Assembly (NCBI GenBank): GCA_963710105.1
Contig: CAVPYV010000001.1
Coordinates: forward strand, 178,370 to 242,369
From: an uncultured Chloroflexia bacterium
Lineage (GTDB): Bacteria > Chloroflexota > Limnocylindria > Limnocylindrales > CSP1-4
DNA: 64,000 nt
Direction of reading: 5' to 3'
Shown here: positions 1-9,858 of the stretch, in pieces
Numbering within the stretch: position 1 is the first letter of the stretch
Layout: each line of letters begins with the position of its first letter
Made by a program: the position numbers and the translations under genes
Notes under the pieces: generated by a model
Database searches by the model: none
The model's input: the letters and a program-made list of their open reading frames with translations, nothing else
What the model was told of the DNA's origin: nothing

Positions 1-244
1 CGGCGGTGGTCATCGGGCGGACCATGCCGGCGCACCCGGCCGAGGCGCCTGCGGCCGGTCGGTGGCTCGCCGCGGACCGCGGATCGGAGGCCGTCGCGTC
101 CGACGCCGGGGCTCTGGCGACGACCGGCTCCGGCGAACGGTGAGGCTCCGGCGCTCGGTCGGTCGCGGTGCGCGCCTCGTGCCCGCCGGTCGGCCGACGC
201 TCGCGCCCGCGCCCGCGCTCGAACCGTCGCGTAGGATTCCGGCG

Positions 245-886
245 ATGACCCGACCCTCGATCGGCGCGCCCCTGGTCCCCGCCGCCGGATCGACATCGGC
301 AGCGGCCCGCCGCGGCCGGCCGCGCGACCCCGCCGCCGACCGGGCGATCCTGACCGCCGCCTTCGACCAGCTCGTCGAGGTCGGCTACGGCGCCCTGTCG
401 ATCGAGGCGGTCGCCCAGGCGGCCGGCGTCGGCAAGACGACGATCTATCGCCGCTGGCCGGCCAAGCGCGACCTCGTGATGGCCGCGCTCGGCGTCGGGA
501 CGACGCTGGCGCCCCCGCGGCTCGACGTCGACTCGCGGACCGCACTTGGGCAGCTCGTGCGGCAGGTCGTCGCCACCCTGGTCGAGAGCGGGGCGCTGCG
601 GGTCCTCGGCTCGCTCCTCGTCGAGGAGGGCCGCGAGCCGGGCCTCCTCGAGGCGTTCCGCCAGCGAATCCTCGAGCCGCGGCGGAGCCTCGTCGAGGCG
701 ATGCTCCGGGCCGGGATCGAGCGCGGCGAGATCCGATCGGACATCGATCCGCTCGTCGTCACCGAGATGGTCGCGGGAGCGGTCATCGGGCACCACGCGA
801 TCCTCGGCATGACCGCGACGGACGCGTGGGTCGAGGCCCTCGTCGCGCACGTCTGGACCGCGATCGCCGCGCCCGCGACCGTCTGA
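245..886 (+). CDS. TetR/AcrR family transcriptional regulator
   Basis: HTH GYGALSIEAVAQAAGVGKTTIYRRWP. Start moved to ATG 245, 7 nt after a TAGGAT -10-like box. Confidence 0.92.
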   Translation: MTRPSIGAPLVPAAGSTSAAARRGRPRDPAADRAILTAAFDQLVEVGYGALSIEAVAQAAGVGKTTIYRRWPAKRDLVMAALGVGTTLAPPRLDVDSRTALGQLVRQVVATLVESGALRVLGSLLVEEGREPGLLEAFRQRILEPRRSLVEAMLRAGIERGEIRSDIDPLVVTEMVAGAVIGHHAILGMTATDAWVEALVAHVWTAIAAPATV

Positions 887-1043
887 CCGCTGGCCGATCG
901 CGGTGCGGCCCGCGCCGCCGGTGGTGCTTCCCGGCACCGCGAATTCACCTGCCGTTGACCGGCCCTTGATCTCTTGCAATTCACGACTCCGCCAAGCGGT
1001 TGTATGGTCGGGCAACCATTCCGCGTGCCCCGGAGGAGGAACC

Positions 1044-2822
1044 GTGAAGCACCGAAGCGGGCGGCTGCGCGCCGTCCTTGCCTCAGCATCCCTGGTGTCG
1101 CTCACGCTGCTCGCGGCCGTGCCGGCCGTGGCGAAGGACAAGGGACCGCTCGGCAACTACAAGCACATCGTGGTGATCTACGAGGAGAACCACAGCTTCG
1201 ACAACCTCTACGGGATGTGGGGCGACGTCAACGGCCAGCACCTGATCGGCCTGGCCGACGCCGACGCCGCCCACACGACCCAGATCGCCCAGAACGGGGC
1301 GGCGTACACCTGCCTGAAGCAGCTCGACGTCAACCTGAACACCGATGCGCCGGGCAACACGCTGTCGAAGCTCGCCCAGTGCAACCCGGAGACCGTCACC
1401 TTCCCGGACGGCTCCACGACGACGTATACGAGCCACTTCCTGAACGCGCCGTTCAACATCGACCAGTACATCCCGGCCGACGCGACGACGTGCCCCCGGC
1501 CGAACCAGGAGTTCAGCTTCCCGAACGGGATCATGAACGGGGCGCTCCAGGCGGACGGCGTGACGCCGGTCGGCCTGCCGGGCGGCTGCACCCGCGACCT
1601 CGTCCACAAGTTCTACCAGGAGCAGTACCAGCTCAACGGCGGCGCCCAGAACCGCTACGTGACCGGCAGCGACGCGGTCGGGACGGCGATGGGCTACTAC
1701 GACACGACGGCCCTCCCGATCTACGAGTACCTCCACGGCAAGGGCGCCCCGCGCTACGTCATCGCCGACCAGTTCTTCCAGGGCGCGTACGGCGGGTCGT
1801 ATCTCAACCACCAGTACCTGATCGCCGCTCAGCCCCTGCTCTGGCCGAGCGCGCCGGCGGGCCAGCATGCGGTCCTCGACACCTCGGGCATCCCCCACGC
1901 CTATCCGCTCCTGAAGCCGGACATCCCCACGTTCGACGGCAACGTCACCCAGGCATGCGGGCTGGCGACGACACGGGCCGGCCTGGCCTGCGGTGACTGG
2001 GCGGTGAACACCCTCCAGCCGCCGTGGGAGCCCCAGGGCACCTTCGGCGCGCCACAGCCGGCGACCGACGACACGACGACGGCGCTGAACATCGGCGACC
2101 GGATGAGCGACGCCGGCGTCAGCTGGGCCTGGTACGCCGGTGGCTGGGACAACGCGGCCGGCAACGTGGGCGGCCCGGGCTGGACGAACGGCTCGACGGT
2201 CGGGACCTGCACGGACCCGAACCACTCGGGCGCCGACGGCCAGTACCCGTACTGCCCCGACTCGACGTTCCAGTTCCACCACCAGCCGTTCAACTACTTC
2301 AGCCGCTACGCGCCGGGCACCCCCGATCGGGCGGCCCACCTGAAGGACGAGGTCGAGTTCCTCGCCGCGGCCCGCAACGGAACCCTGCCGTCGGTCAGCT
2401 TCGTCAAGCCGCTCGGCAACGAGAACGAGCATCCCGGCTACTCGAGCGAGCCGAATGGCAGCGACCATCTCGTCGACCTGATCAAGGCGATCGAGACCGG
2501 CCCGCAGGCGGGCAACACCCTGATCGTCGTGACCTACGACGAGTTCGGCGGCCAGTGGGATCACGTCCCGCCGCCCGGCCTCGGCACGACCGGCGCGCAC
2601 GACCAGTTCGGCCCGGGCACCCGCGTCCCGGCCCTCCTGATCGCCCGCAGCTTCACGTCGTCGGGCGTCGACCACACCGTCTACGACACGACCTCGATCA
2701 TGGCCACGATCGAGCACCAGTTCGGCCTCCAGCCGGTGGCCGCCCGGGGCGACATCGTTCCCCGCGACCGCCTCGCGACCGACCTCGGCAGCGCCGTCTC
2801 GACGGGGCGCAAGGGCCACTGA
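1044..2822 (+). CDS. Secreted phosphoesterase (acid phosphatase AcpA / phospholipase C family)
   Basis: Signal peptide (AVA-K); motifs HIVVIYEENHSFDNLYG, HQPFNYF, NEHPG, TYDEFGGQWDHVPPP, GPGTRVP; GGAGGAGG before GTG 1044. Confidence 0.88.
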   Translation: MKHRSGRLRAVLASASLVSLTLLAAVPAVAKDKGPLGNYKHIVVIYEENHSFDNLYGMWGDVNGQHLIGLADADAAHTTQIAQNGAAYTCLKQLDVNLNTDAPGNTLSKLAQCNPETVTFPDGSTTTYTSHFLNAPFNIDQYIPADATTCPRPNQEFSFPNGIMNGALQADGVTPVGLPGGCTRDLVHKFYQEQYQLNGGAQNRYVTGSDAVGTAMGYYDTTALPIYEYLHGKGAPRYVIADQFFQGAYGGSYLNHQYLIAAQPLLWPSAPAGQHAVLDTSGIPHAYPLLKPDIPTFDGNVTQACGLATTRAGLACGDWAVNTLQPPWEPQGTFGAPQPATDDTTTALNIGDRMSDAGVSWAWYAGGWDNAAGNVGGPGWTNGSTVGTCTDPNHSGADGQYPYCPDSTFQFHHQPFNYFSRYAPGTPDRAAHLKDEVEFLAAARNGTLPSVSFVKPLGNENEHPGYSSEPNGSDHLVDLIKAIETGPQAGNTLIVVTYDEFGGQWDHVPPPGLGTTGAHDQFGPGTRVPALLIARSFTSSGVDHTVYDTTSIMATIEHQFGLQPVAARGDIVPRDRLATDLGSAVSTGRKGH

Positions 2823-2845
2823 CCCGCGGCTCCCGGATCACGAAC

Positions 2846-2876
2846 GCAGGGCCCCGACCGCCGGTCGGGGCCCTGC
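2846..2876. terminator. GC-rich hairpin between convergent genes
   Basis: Perfect 14-bp stem gcagggccccgacc/ggtcggggccctgc with a 3-nt loop; no U-tract. Confidence 0.65.
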
Positions 2877-2909
2877 CGATTCCCCGCGGCCGGCCTCGTT
2901 GTCCGGCGG

Positions 2910-4229
2910 TCAGGCTCCGGGGTCGATGCCCGGTACGACCTCGGTCGGATCGATGGCGGCCACGACCGCTCCGGGCTCGGGCACCACCGACTCGTCGGGC
3001 TCGCCGGACGGCCGCGCCCGATCGAGGTCGAGCGAGCGCAGCTCCGGCACGAGCCAGGCGATCGCGCCGACGACGGCGAGGGTCAGGATCCCGCCGCCGA
3101 TCACGCTCGGCACCGTCCCGAACAGGCGGGCGGTGACGCCGCTCTCGAACGCCCCGAGCTCGTTCGAGGCGCCGATGAAGACCCAGTTCACCGAGGCGAC
3201 ACGGCCGCGGATCCGCTCCGGCGACAGGACGCGCAGGATCGTGCTCCGGATGATCATGCTCACCCCGTCGGTCACGCCGGCGAAGAACAGGGCGGCCAGC
3301 GACACCGCGAAGACGGTCGAGACGCCGAACACGACCATGCTCACCCCGAACCCGCCGACGCAGAACAGGAGCGTCCGCCCCGCGTGGCGGCTCGGCGGCC
3401 GGTGGGTGGCGACGAGCATCACCAGGAGCGCGCCCACCGACGGCGCGGTCCGGAGGACGCCCAGACCGACCGAGCCGACGTGGAGGATGTCGGTCGCGAA
3501 GATCGGCAGCAGGGCGATCGCGCCGCCGAAGAAGACGGCGAACAGGTCGAGGGCCATCGCCCCGAGGAGGACCGGCGTCGCGGCGACGTAGCGGATCCCG
3601 CCGAGCAGGCTCTGGATCATCGGCTCGCCCAGGATCCGGCCGGGGATCGGCTTGCGCGAGACGAGCGCCAGGCAGCCCGTCGAGATCGCGAGCAGCACGG
3701 CGATCCCGGCGTAGGTGACCGGGATGCCGACGATCGCGATCGCGATCCCGCCGACGGCCGGGCCGAGGATCGCGCCGCTCTGGCTGACGCTGCTCAGCAT
3801 CGAGATCCCGCGCGTCGCCTCCTGCCGCGGGACGACCTGGGCCTCGAGCGCGGTCAGGGCCGGCCGCTCGAACCCGCTCGCGACGCCGGTCGCGAAGATC
3901 ACCGCGAGGATGCCCGCCAGGGTCAGCCCGCCGGCGGCCGAGAGCGCGGCGAGGGCGACGGCGCTGATCGTCACCGCCGTGCTCGCCACGAGGACGATCG
4001 CCCGCCGATCGCGGCGGTCGGCGAGATGGCCGCCGAAGATCACGAGCGACAACGCCGGGATCGCCTCCACGAGCCCGAGCCAGCCAAGGGCCAGCGGATC
4101 GCGGGTGATGTCGTAGGTCTGGAAGGCGACGACCGTGGCCAGGGCGCTCGTCGCGAGGGCGTTCGTCGAGCGGGCGCCGAGGAGGGCCCGGAACTCGCGC
4201 AGGGCGAGGAGCGGCCGGGTCGGGCTCAT
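2910..4229 (-). CDS. MFS transporter (EntS/MFS_3-like)
   Basis: About 12 hydrophobic segments, motif A GGHLADRRDRR, PERIRGRV; start at MSPTRP. Confidence 0.88.
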   Translation of the reverse strand: MSPTRPLLALREFRALLGARSTNALATSALATVVAFQTYDITRDPLALGWLGLVEAIPALSLVIFGGHLADRRDRRAIVLVASTAVTISAVALAALSAAGGLTLAGILAVIFATGVASGFERPALTALEAQVVPRQEATRGISMLSSVSQSGAILGPAVGGIAIAIVGIPVTYAGIAVLLAISTGCLALVSRKPIPGRILGEPMIQSLLGGIRYVAATPVLLGAMALDLFAVFFGGAIALLPIFATDILHVGSVGLGVLRTAPSVGALLVMLVATHRPPSRHAGRTLLFCVGGFGVSMVVFGVSTVFAVSLAALFFAGVTDGVSMIIRSTILRVLSPERIRGRVASVNWVFIGASNELGAFESGVTARLFGTVPSVIGGGILTLAVVGAIAWLVPELRSLDLDRARPSGEPDESVVPEPGAVVAAIDPTEVVPGIDPGA

Positions 4230-4494
4230 CGGCGGACCGGCGCCGGCCGGCGGGCCGCGGGCGTCACGGGGCCGGCGGCCGTGGACGGGCGGGTGGCGTC
4301 GTGCGGACGGGCGGGTCCGGTCGCCGGTCGGGGGTGTCCACGTGCGGATGGTACGCAGCGCGGCGATTCGCGGCCCTCGCGGCGGCTGGGCCCACCCGCG
4401 GGCCCTCCGCTCCACCTTCGGCGGCCCTTCTCGGCCCTTCCGCGGCCCCTCCCGTGGCCACCCTCCGCGGCCGACCGTGCCACCATCGGGGCTG

Positions 4495-5394
4495 ATGGAC
4501 CACGGACCCACGACCGCCGGTCGCCACGCCGGCCGCCTCACGCTCGCGCTCGGCCTCAGCGGGGCGATCCTGGCGGCCGACCTCGTCGCCGGGATCGCGA
4601 GCAACTCGCTCGCGCTGCTGGCTGACGCCGGCCACGTCTTCGCCGACGTGTCGGCGATGGTCCTGTCCCTCGTCGCCGTCCGGATCGCGTCCCGCCCGCG
4701 CTCCGACGGGCGGACGTACGGGCTCTACCGACTCGAGATCCTCGCCGCCGCCGCCAACGCCGTGCTCCTCCTCGGGATCGCCGTCGTGATCTTCGTCGAG
4801 GGCGCCCGCCGGCTCGCCGCGCCGCCGGAGGTCGAGCCGGCCCTCGTCTCGGTCGTCGCCGCCGGGGCGATCCTGGCGAACCTCGCCGCGGCCCGCCTCC
4901 TCCACTCCGGGAGCCGGGCGAGCCTCACGATCCGGGCCGCCTACCTCGAGGTCCTCGGCGACCTCGCCGGCTCCGCGGCCGTGCTCGCCTCGGGCCTCGT
5001 CATCCTGGCGACCGGCTGGCGCCAGGCGGACGCGCTGGCGTCGCTCGTCGTGGCGATCCTCATCGTGCCCCGAACCGTCGCGCTCCTCCGCGAGAGTCTC
5101 GACGTCCTTCTCGAGGCCACCCCGCGCGACGTCGACCTGGACCACGTCCGAAGCCACATCCTCGACGCTCCCGGGGTCGTCGGCGTCCACGACCTGCACG
5201 CCTGGACGATCACGAGCGGAATGAACGTCGTCTCGGCCCACGTCGTCCTCGGGCCGGATGCCCAGGCCGGCGACGTCCTCGACCACCTCGGGACCTGCCT
5301 GGCCGACGACTTCGACGTCAACCACTCGACGTTCCAGCTCGAGACCCCCGAGCACGTCGCCTGGGAGGCCCGCGGGGCGGTCCCCCGCCACTGA
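4495..5394 (+). CDS. Cation diffusion facilitator (CzcD/ZitB-type metal exporter)
   Basis: SLALLADAGHVFAD, TYGLYRLEIL, VHDLHAWTI, HSTFQLE. Confidence 0.92.
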   Translation: MDHGPTTAGRHAGRLTLALGLSGAILAADLVAGIASNSLALLADAGHVFADVSAMVLSLVAVRIASRPRSDGRTYGLYRLEILAAAANAVLLLGIAVVIFVEGARRLAAPPEVEPALVSVVAAGAILANLAAARLLHSGSRASLTIRAAYLEVLGDLAGSAAVLASGLVILATGWRQADALASLVVAILIVPRTVALLRESLDVLLEATPRDVDLDHVRSHILDAPGVVGVHDLHAWTITSGMNVVSAHVVLGPDAQAGDVLDHLGTCLADDFDVNHSTFQLETPEHVAWEARGAVPRH

Positions 5395-5431
5395 GGATCC
5401 GCGGTCCCGCCGCGATCGGTCGCGCGATCGC

Positions 5432-5758
5432 TCAGCCGGGCGGGCCGCCGGGATCCGGATCGTCGGCCACGGGCGGCTCGAGCGGGCCCTGGCCGTGGAG
5501 CTCGACGAGCACGGTCCGCCCGCCGCGCGGGCCCTGCTGGTCGGCGGCGAACCGGACCTGGCCGGCCAGCGCCTGGCCGTCCCGGGTCGACCCGTGGAGC
5601 ACGCCGTCGGTCGAGCCGTGACCGGTCTTCATCAGGACCCGGGCGGTCCACTGCTCGCGACCGTCGTCGTCCTCCCAGGCGTCGATCGTGCAGCTGCCGA
5701 TCGGCGTCTCATCGAGGGTGACCTGGAGCAACTCGAACCGGCGATGCCTGCGAACCAC
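5432..5758 (-). CDS. Small hypothetical protein
   Basis: Globular-looking 108-aa sequence; GTG start 6 nt after TGC-TACCGT -10-like box. Confidence 0.6.
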   Translation of the reverse strand: MVRRHRRFELLQVTLDETPIGSCTIDAWEDDDGREQWTARVLMKTGHGSTDGVLHGSTRDGQALAGQVRFAADQQGPRGGRTVLVELHGQGPLEPPVADDPDPGGPPG

Positions 5759-5884
5759 GACCCCACGGTAGCAGGCCGGGCTCCGGGGCCCGTCCGGGCC
5801 ATTCGGACCGACTCCCGAGGTGGTGGCCTTCGGCGGACGAGCCACCCCCTGCGGACGCTGCGGCGCCGGCGCTCGGCTCGTCCC

Positions 5885-7876
5885 TCAGGCGATCCCCACC
5901 AGCCGGGCGAGGACCGCCCCGCCGACCAGCGCGAGCCCCATCGAGGCCGCGGTCATCGCGACCGCCGACCGCCGCCCGAGCTCGGCCGCGAGGGCGGCGA
6001 ACGTGGCCACGCACGGGAACGACACCGACGTCACGATCGCGAACACGAACGCCTGGCCCGGCGTCAGGATCTGGCCGAGGACGAGGGCCCCGCCGGCCTG
6101 GGCGGCGGCCAGCACGAGCAGGAGCTGGAGCGCGAGCTCCTTGCGCAGGACCCCGAAGACGAGCGCGATCCCGGCGATCCCGGGCAGGCCCAGGGTCCAG
6201 CCGACGACGCCGTCGACGGCCGGCGCGAGCGACGTGACCACGCCGAGCTCGAAGGCGAGCCCGAGGCCCAGCGAGCCCAGCAGCATCACCGGAGCCGCGG
6301 TCCGGACGAAGCCGCGGAAGCGGAACCACGCCTTGGCGGCGACATGCCGCGGGACCGGCAGGCGGAGCGGGGCGAGGTCGAGGACGAGCGGCGACTGGCG
6401 CCCGGGCAGGATGGCGTTCGCGCCGACGGCGGCGACGACCGTGACGGCCGCGATCAGCCCGAAGGCGGCGATGGCCGGGCCCGGGCCGGCGAGGGGGACG
6501 ATCGCGGCGAGGACGATCGCGGAGCGGGCGCTGCACGGCACGAGCGTCGCCAGGAAGGCCGCGAGGACGCGTTCGCGGCGGGTCGCGAGGACCCGCGTGG
6601 CATAGATCGCCGGGACGTTGCAGCTGTTGGCCACGAGGAGCGGGATCGCCGCCCGGCCCGGCAGCCCGAAGGCGCCCAGGGCTCGGTCGGCCAGGACCGT
6701 GACCGAGGCGAGGTAGCCCGAGTCCTCGAGGGCGGCCACGATCAGGGTGAACGCCAGGACATAGGGGATGCCGACAGTCAGCATCGCCAGGACGCCGTCG
6801 TCGGCCGCCCAGAGCACGGCCCGGGCGAGCGACGCGTTCGGAAGCGCCCCGTGGACGAGCGCCTGGAGCTCGGGCGAGACCCACGTGGCCCAGCCCTGGC
6901 CGAGCAGGGCGGCTGCCACACCGCCCCCGATCGCGACGACGGCGAAGACCGCGGCGAGGACCGCCACGAGGAGCGGAATCCCGGTCGCGGGCCGGACACT
7001 GGCTGTGGCGAGCCGGTCGGCGAGGGGAACGCGGACGTCGCGATGGCGGGTCGCGGCGCCGACCCAGTCCCGGGCGGCCGCGCGGCGGTACGGCGCCAGG
7101 ACGTCGTGCATCGCGATCGACGCGGCGCCGCGCGGCGAGATCAGCCCGGCGGCGACCGCATCGGCGATCGGCGACGCGCCGACGGCCGCCGCGCCGAGCG
7201 ACGGCGAGATCCGATACGTCGTCGACGCCTCGCGTTCGAGGCTCCACTCGACCCGCGCGGGATAGAGCGGCGCGGGAACGGTCGAGCGCGGCGACTGCGT
7301 CCGATCGGCGACGCCGCGACGCCGCCGGGCCCGGGCGATCGCGTGGTCGATCGCTCGCCCGACCCCGCCGCCCTCGGCCGATGCCCCGTCCGGGTCGCGC
7401 GCGACCGTCGGGACGACGGGCATGAGGAGCCGCTGCGCGAGCAGCCCGACGTCGAGCTCGATGCCGTGCGCCGACGCCTCGTCGGTCAGGTTGGCGGCCA
7501 CGACCACCGGCAGCCCGAGATCGCGGCAGGCGAGGGCGAGGGGCAGGTGGCGGGCGAGGTCGCCGGCGTCGGCGACGACGAGGATCGCATCCGGCCGGGC
7601 TTGGAGGAGGGTCATCCAGAACGGGTCGTCGCCGGCCGGGCGGTCCACGAGCGAGCGCGTCCCCGGGAGGTCCACGAGGAGCGCCCGGCCGGATCGCCCC
7701 CGGATCTCGCGCGCCTCGGCCGCGACGGTCGTCCCCGGCAGGTTGGCCGTCTCGACGTAGCGGCCGCTCGCCCGGGCCAGAAGGGTCGACTTGCCGACGT
7801 TCGGCCGGCCGACGAGGGCGATGACCGGCAGCCGATCGTCCGGACCGGGCTGCCCGGCGGCGGCGCGTCGCCTCAT
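5885..7876 (-). CDS. feoB: Ferrous iron transporter B
   Basis: G1 GRPNVGKS, NLPGTTV, DLPG, LEDSGYL, CNVP, VPCSAR, PCVAT; overlaps feoA by 4 nt. Confidence 0.93.
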   Translation of the reverse strand: MRRRAAAGQPGPDDRLPVIALVGRPNVGKSTLLARASGRYVETANLPGTTVAAEAREIRGRSGRALLVDLPGTRSLVDRPAGDDPFWMTLLQARPDAILVVADAGDLARHLPLALACRDLGLPVVVAANLTDEASAHGIELDVGLLAQRLLMPVVPTVARDPDGASAEGGGVGRAIDHAIARARRRRGVADRTQSPRSTVPAPLYPARVEWSLEREASTTYRISPSLGAAAVGASPIADAVAAGLISPRGAASIAMHDVLAPYRRAAARDWVGAATRHRDVRVPLADRLATASVRPATGIPLLVAVLAAVFAVVAIGGGVAAALLGQGWATWVSPELQALVHGALPNASLARAVLWAADDGVLAMLTVGIPYVLAFTLIVAALEDSGYLASVTVLADRALGAFGLPGRAAIPLLVANSCNVPAIYATRVLATRRERVLAAFLATLVPCSARSAIVLAAIVPLAGPGPAIAAFGLIAAVTVVAAVGANAILPGRQSPLVLDLAPLRLPVPRHVAAKAWFRFRGFVRTAAPVMLLGSLGLGLAFELGVVTSLAPAVDGVVGWTLGLPGIAGIALVFGVLRKELALQLLLVLAAAQAGGALVLGQILTPGQAFVFAIVTSVSFPCVATFAALAAELGRRSAVAMTAASMGLALVGGAVLARLVGIA

Positions 7877-8136
7877 CGGCCGGCCTCGGCCGGCGCGTCG
7901 GCGACCGCGACGCTGATCCCGTCCGCGAGGCGCCGGGCCAGCGCGACCCGGGCCGTCCCGAGACGGACGATGAGCGGCCCGCCGAGCGGGATCCGGCGCT
8001 CGACGCTCAGCGTCGCGCCGGCGGTGATCCCGGCCTCGTCGACCCACGCGGCGACGGCCGGATCCATCGCGACCACGCGGGCCTCCACGCCCGGCTCGAG
8101 CCGGGCGAGCGAACGGGCGGCGGACCGGTCGACCAT
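7873..8136 (-). CDS. feoA: FeoA family protein
   Basis: SH3-like pattern GITAGATLSVERRIPLGGPLIVRL..VALAR; directly upstream of feoB. Confidence 0.88.
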   Translation of the reverse strand: MVDRSAARSLARLEPGVEARVVAMDPAVAAWVDEAGITAGATLSVERRIPLGGPLIVRLGTARVALARRLADGISVAVADAPAEAGR

Positions 8137-8281
8137 GACCTGATTGGACGACGGACGGACGTTCCGGCGGCAGGGCGGATCGGCCCCCTGAGCCCGGTCC
8201 GAAAGTGACCTTGTTCCCGGGACGCAAGGGCGCTTGCCGTGACCGCGCCCGGTCGGCGTTGGCCCCGGCACACCGCCAGAG

Positions 8282-8683
8282 TCAGCGGGGCTCGATCCGG
8301 AACACCGGGTGGTCGGCGGGGTCGGGCAGGGCCTCGAACGGCTCGCTCGTCCGTTCGCCCATCTGGTCGCGGAACGCGCGGACCACCCGGTCGTGCTCGC
8401 CGCCGCGGACCTCGGCCGCCTCGAACGGCTCGCCGGTCCGCCCGCGGCGGAGGACGCCCTCGCCGACCGTTCGCAGGTCGCGGACCCAGTCGGTCTCGCC
8501 GTCGGGGGAGACGAGGTAGTGGGCGCCGTCGAGCTCGATCGTCGCGACCGGCAGGTGGATCGGCCGGCCGCTCGCCTCGTCGAGGACCGTGAGCGTCGGG
8601 CCGCCGAGCCACGGCTCGGGCCGGTCGATCGGGTGCGCCGTCGGCGCCGGCCGGCGGGGTGGTGCCTCGGACAGTCTGGTCAT
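8282..8683 (-). CDS. Deazaflavin(F420)-dependent nitroreductase-like split-barrel protein
   Basis: SGRPIHLPV..YLVSPDGETDWVRDLR..HPVFRIEP pattern; ATGA overlap with the upstream gene. Confidence 0.65.
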   Translation of the reverse strand: MTRLSEAPPRRPAPTAHPIDRPEPWLGGPTLTVLDEASGRPIHLPVATIELDGAHYLVSPDGETDWVRDLRTVGEGVLRRGRTGEPFEAAEVRGGEHDRVVRAFRDQMGERTSEPFEALPDPADHPVFRIEPR

Positions 8684-9858
8684 CGGCCTGTTCCTCCGTC
8701 CGTCCGGGTTCCGCCTGCCACCGCGGGCTGGCGCTTGCCGGACGGGCTTTCTGACGTCGACGAGCTGGTGGCGGGCGCCGGCTGCCAGGCGAGCGCGCCG
8801 TGCCGGCAGCGCGTGATGCACAGGCCGCAGCGCTCGCAGCGCGCTTCGTCGATCGCGGCCAGCCCGTCGGTGACGTGGATCGCGTCGTACGGGCAGGCGA
8901 GCTCGCACAGGTCGCAGCCGTTGCAGTGCTCTGCGTCCACGAGCGGCGGAGCGGTCGCCCACGGCTCGACCAGCGGCCGCGTCGCGAGGCCGCGGATCGC
9001 CGCCGGCCCGGCGTGGCCGTGGCCGTCGAGCCAGGCGTCGAGCTCGCGGGCGATCCTGCCGAAGACGGCCGGGCCGCGGAGCATCGCCGCGGTGCACACG
9101 CCGACCGCCGAGGCGCCGGCCATGAGCATCTCGACCGCGTCGGCGCCCGACGAGATGCCGCCGACCCCGATCACCGGGATCCGGACGGCCCGGGCGATGT
9201 CGCGGACGCAGCGCACGGCGAGCGGCTTCAGGGCGGGCCCCGACAGCCAGCCCGTGCCGTCGCTGCCGCCGAGCCGGGGCCGGCCGGTCTCGATGTCGAT
9301 CGCGAGGCAGGGCCCGAACGAGTTGATCGCGACGATCGCATCCGCGCCAGCCGCCTCGGCCTGCTCCGCGGCCCGGACGAGCTCGCGGCCGAGCGGGCTG
9401 AGCTTGACGAAGACCGGGACGTCGAGGGCCGCCTTCGCCGCCCGGATCGCGGCGATCATCGGCCCGGCGTCCTCGCCGATGTAGTGGGTGGAGAGCTCGA
9501 CCGCGTCGGCGTAGGGGGCGACGAGCGGGGCGAGGCGGGCGATCTCGTCGGGGGCGTAGCCGAGGCTGACGATCAGCGGCACCTCGATCGTGCGGGCCGT
9601 CGCGTATTCGCCGCCGAGCCATGCCTCCGGCGGCAGCTCGGACCACAGCTCCGTGTTCAGCATCCCGTGCTGGATCTCGGCGATGTTCGGGGTCACCGGC
9701 CGGGCCGCCGTGACCGAGATCGTCTTGGTGACGACGCCCCCGGCGCCGCCCTCGGCGCAGCGCACGCAGGCCGCCCCGGTCCGGACCGGCGGGCCGGGCG
9801 CGGTGAGGATCGGGTTCGGGAAGTGGATCCCGCAGATCTCGACCGAGAGGTCGGCCAT
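8680..9858 (-). CDS. DHODH/PreA-like FMN oxidoreductase with C-terminal 2x[4Fe-4S] domain
   Basis: NPILTAPGP, GGVVTKT, VKLSP, GWLSGPALKP, IGVGGI; CNGCDLCELACP and CERCGLCITRC. Confidence 0.85.
   Translation of the reverse strand: MADLSVEICGIHFPNPILTAPGPPVRTGAACVRCAEGGAGGVVTKTISVTAARPVTPNIAEIQHGMLNTELWSELPPEAWLGGEYATARTIEVPLIVSLGYAPDEIARLAPLVAPYADAVELSTHYIGEDAGPMIAAIRAAKAALDVPVFVKLSPLGRELVRAAEQAEAAGADAIVAINSFGPCLAIDIETGRPRLGGSDGTGWLSGPALKPLAVRCVRDIARAVRIPVIGVGGISSGADAVEMLMAGASAVGVCTAAMLRGPAVFGRIARELDAWLDGHGHAGPAAIRGLATRPLVEPWATAPPLVDAEHCNGCDLCELACPYDAIHVTDGLAAIDEARCERCGLCITRCRHGALAWQPAPATSSSTSESPSGKRQPAVAGGTRTDGGTGR

Noticed and set aside
8137-8281. Fur/DtxR box or metal riboswitch upstream of feoA
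   Set aside because: No convincing AT-rich palindrome or riboswitch consensus is visible.
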